The translations under genes were made by a program, and so were the position numbers. Positions 63,259-64,000 of a stretch of 64,000 nucleotides of DNA are shown here, piece by piece. Source of the DNA: Mobula hypostoma (Eukaryota); assembly GCF_963921235.1 (NCBI RefSeq), contig NC_086097.1, forward strand, positions 145,082,001 to 145,146,000, given 5' to 3'. Numbering within the stretch: the stretch's first letter is position 1; each line of letters begins with the position of its first letter. The notes under the pieces are model-generated. The model made no database searches and was not told the DNA's origin. It worked only from the letters and a program-made list of their open reading frames with translations.

Positions 63259-63871
63259 GGGAGGAGAAGATGGCGGCACGACGCAGCTTGCAGCGGCCTC
63301 TCCAGTGAATGATATCGGTTATTTGTCAAGTAGAATGCCGTGCACAATTGTGATTTGATGTAGCCAGACCTGAGAGTACGGAGGAACATCTGGTGAAACT
63401 TCTGAAATGCCTGTTTCGCTGTCATTGCTACAGTGTGATCTAGAATCTCCGGAGGGGAAGGCCCTGGGTCCTCGGCTTTGCTTGTTGCTCGGCGGCTGAG
63501 GCAGGGTCGAAGCGCTCGGCAGAGATGGTGCTCGGTGCTCGGTGTCGGAGGCTCAAAGTTTTCAGACGGACTCAGAGTCGGCTGCGGTCGAGCGCTCCAA
63601 TGCATCGGCAAGTTTGCGGCACTTCCGTCTGCGTGAGATGATGGGGCTATCGGGACTTGAGACTTTTTTACCATGTCCATGGTCTGCTCTTTATCAAATT
63701 ACAGTATTGCTTTGCACTGTTGTAACCATATGTTATAATTATGTGGTTTTGTCAGTTAGTCTTGGTTTGTCCTGTGTTTCTGTGATATCTTTCTGAAGGA
63801 ACATTGTATCATTTCTTAATGCATGCATTTCTAAATGACAATAAATGAGGACTGAGTGTCCTCATAATCTG
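63259..63871 (+). mobile_element. Non-autonomous LINE-like element (copy 2)
   Basis: Homologous end to end with 48272-48965. Confidence 0.75.
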
Positions 63872-64000
63872 AAAAAAATGAAGAAATAAAACAGAAAATG
63901 ATATGTAAAGAGACTGATGATTTAAAAAGAAGAAACTTGCTCTGTTAAGTTAAAAGGATTAAAATAAACAAATCACAATTCATATTATACACCCCAGATT

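Overview
This is eukaryotic, repeat-dominated genomic DNA. The repeat families (CR1 LINEs with an esterase ORF1, V-domain/HE1-type SINEs, Penelope-like elements) suggest a cartilaginous fish, possibly a ray; that assignment is inference. No host gene, rRNA, tRNA or CRISPR array can be supported, and nearly all listed ORFs are decayed transposon fragments or noise. The window holds: many CR1 and L2/Rex1-type LINE fragments; a full-length but disabled CsRN1-type Gypsy element (10030-14290); a Hero-clade RLE retrotransposon; Poseidon- and Neptune-type Penelope-like elements (PLEs); a solo LTR; degraded Gypsy remnants; a Tc1-like non-autonomous element; and a Tigger/pogo element. The most interesting layer is non-coding RNA structure. 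Short ORF-less RTE-derived elements start with HDV-like ribozyme folds, one apparently intact with an extra hairpin in L3 (59393-59573, minus strand). Small TSD-flanked Penelope-tail insertions carry minimal hammerhead motifs, including a palindromic double-hammerhead cassette (29834-30135). All folds and alignments were done by eye, and boundaries of degraded elements are approximate.
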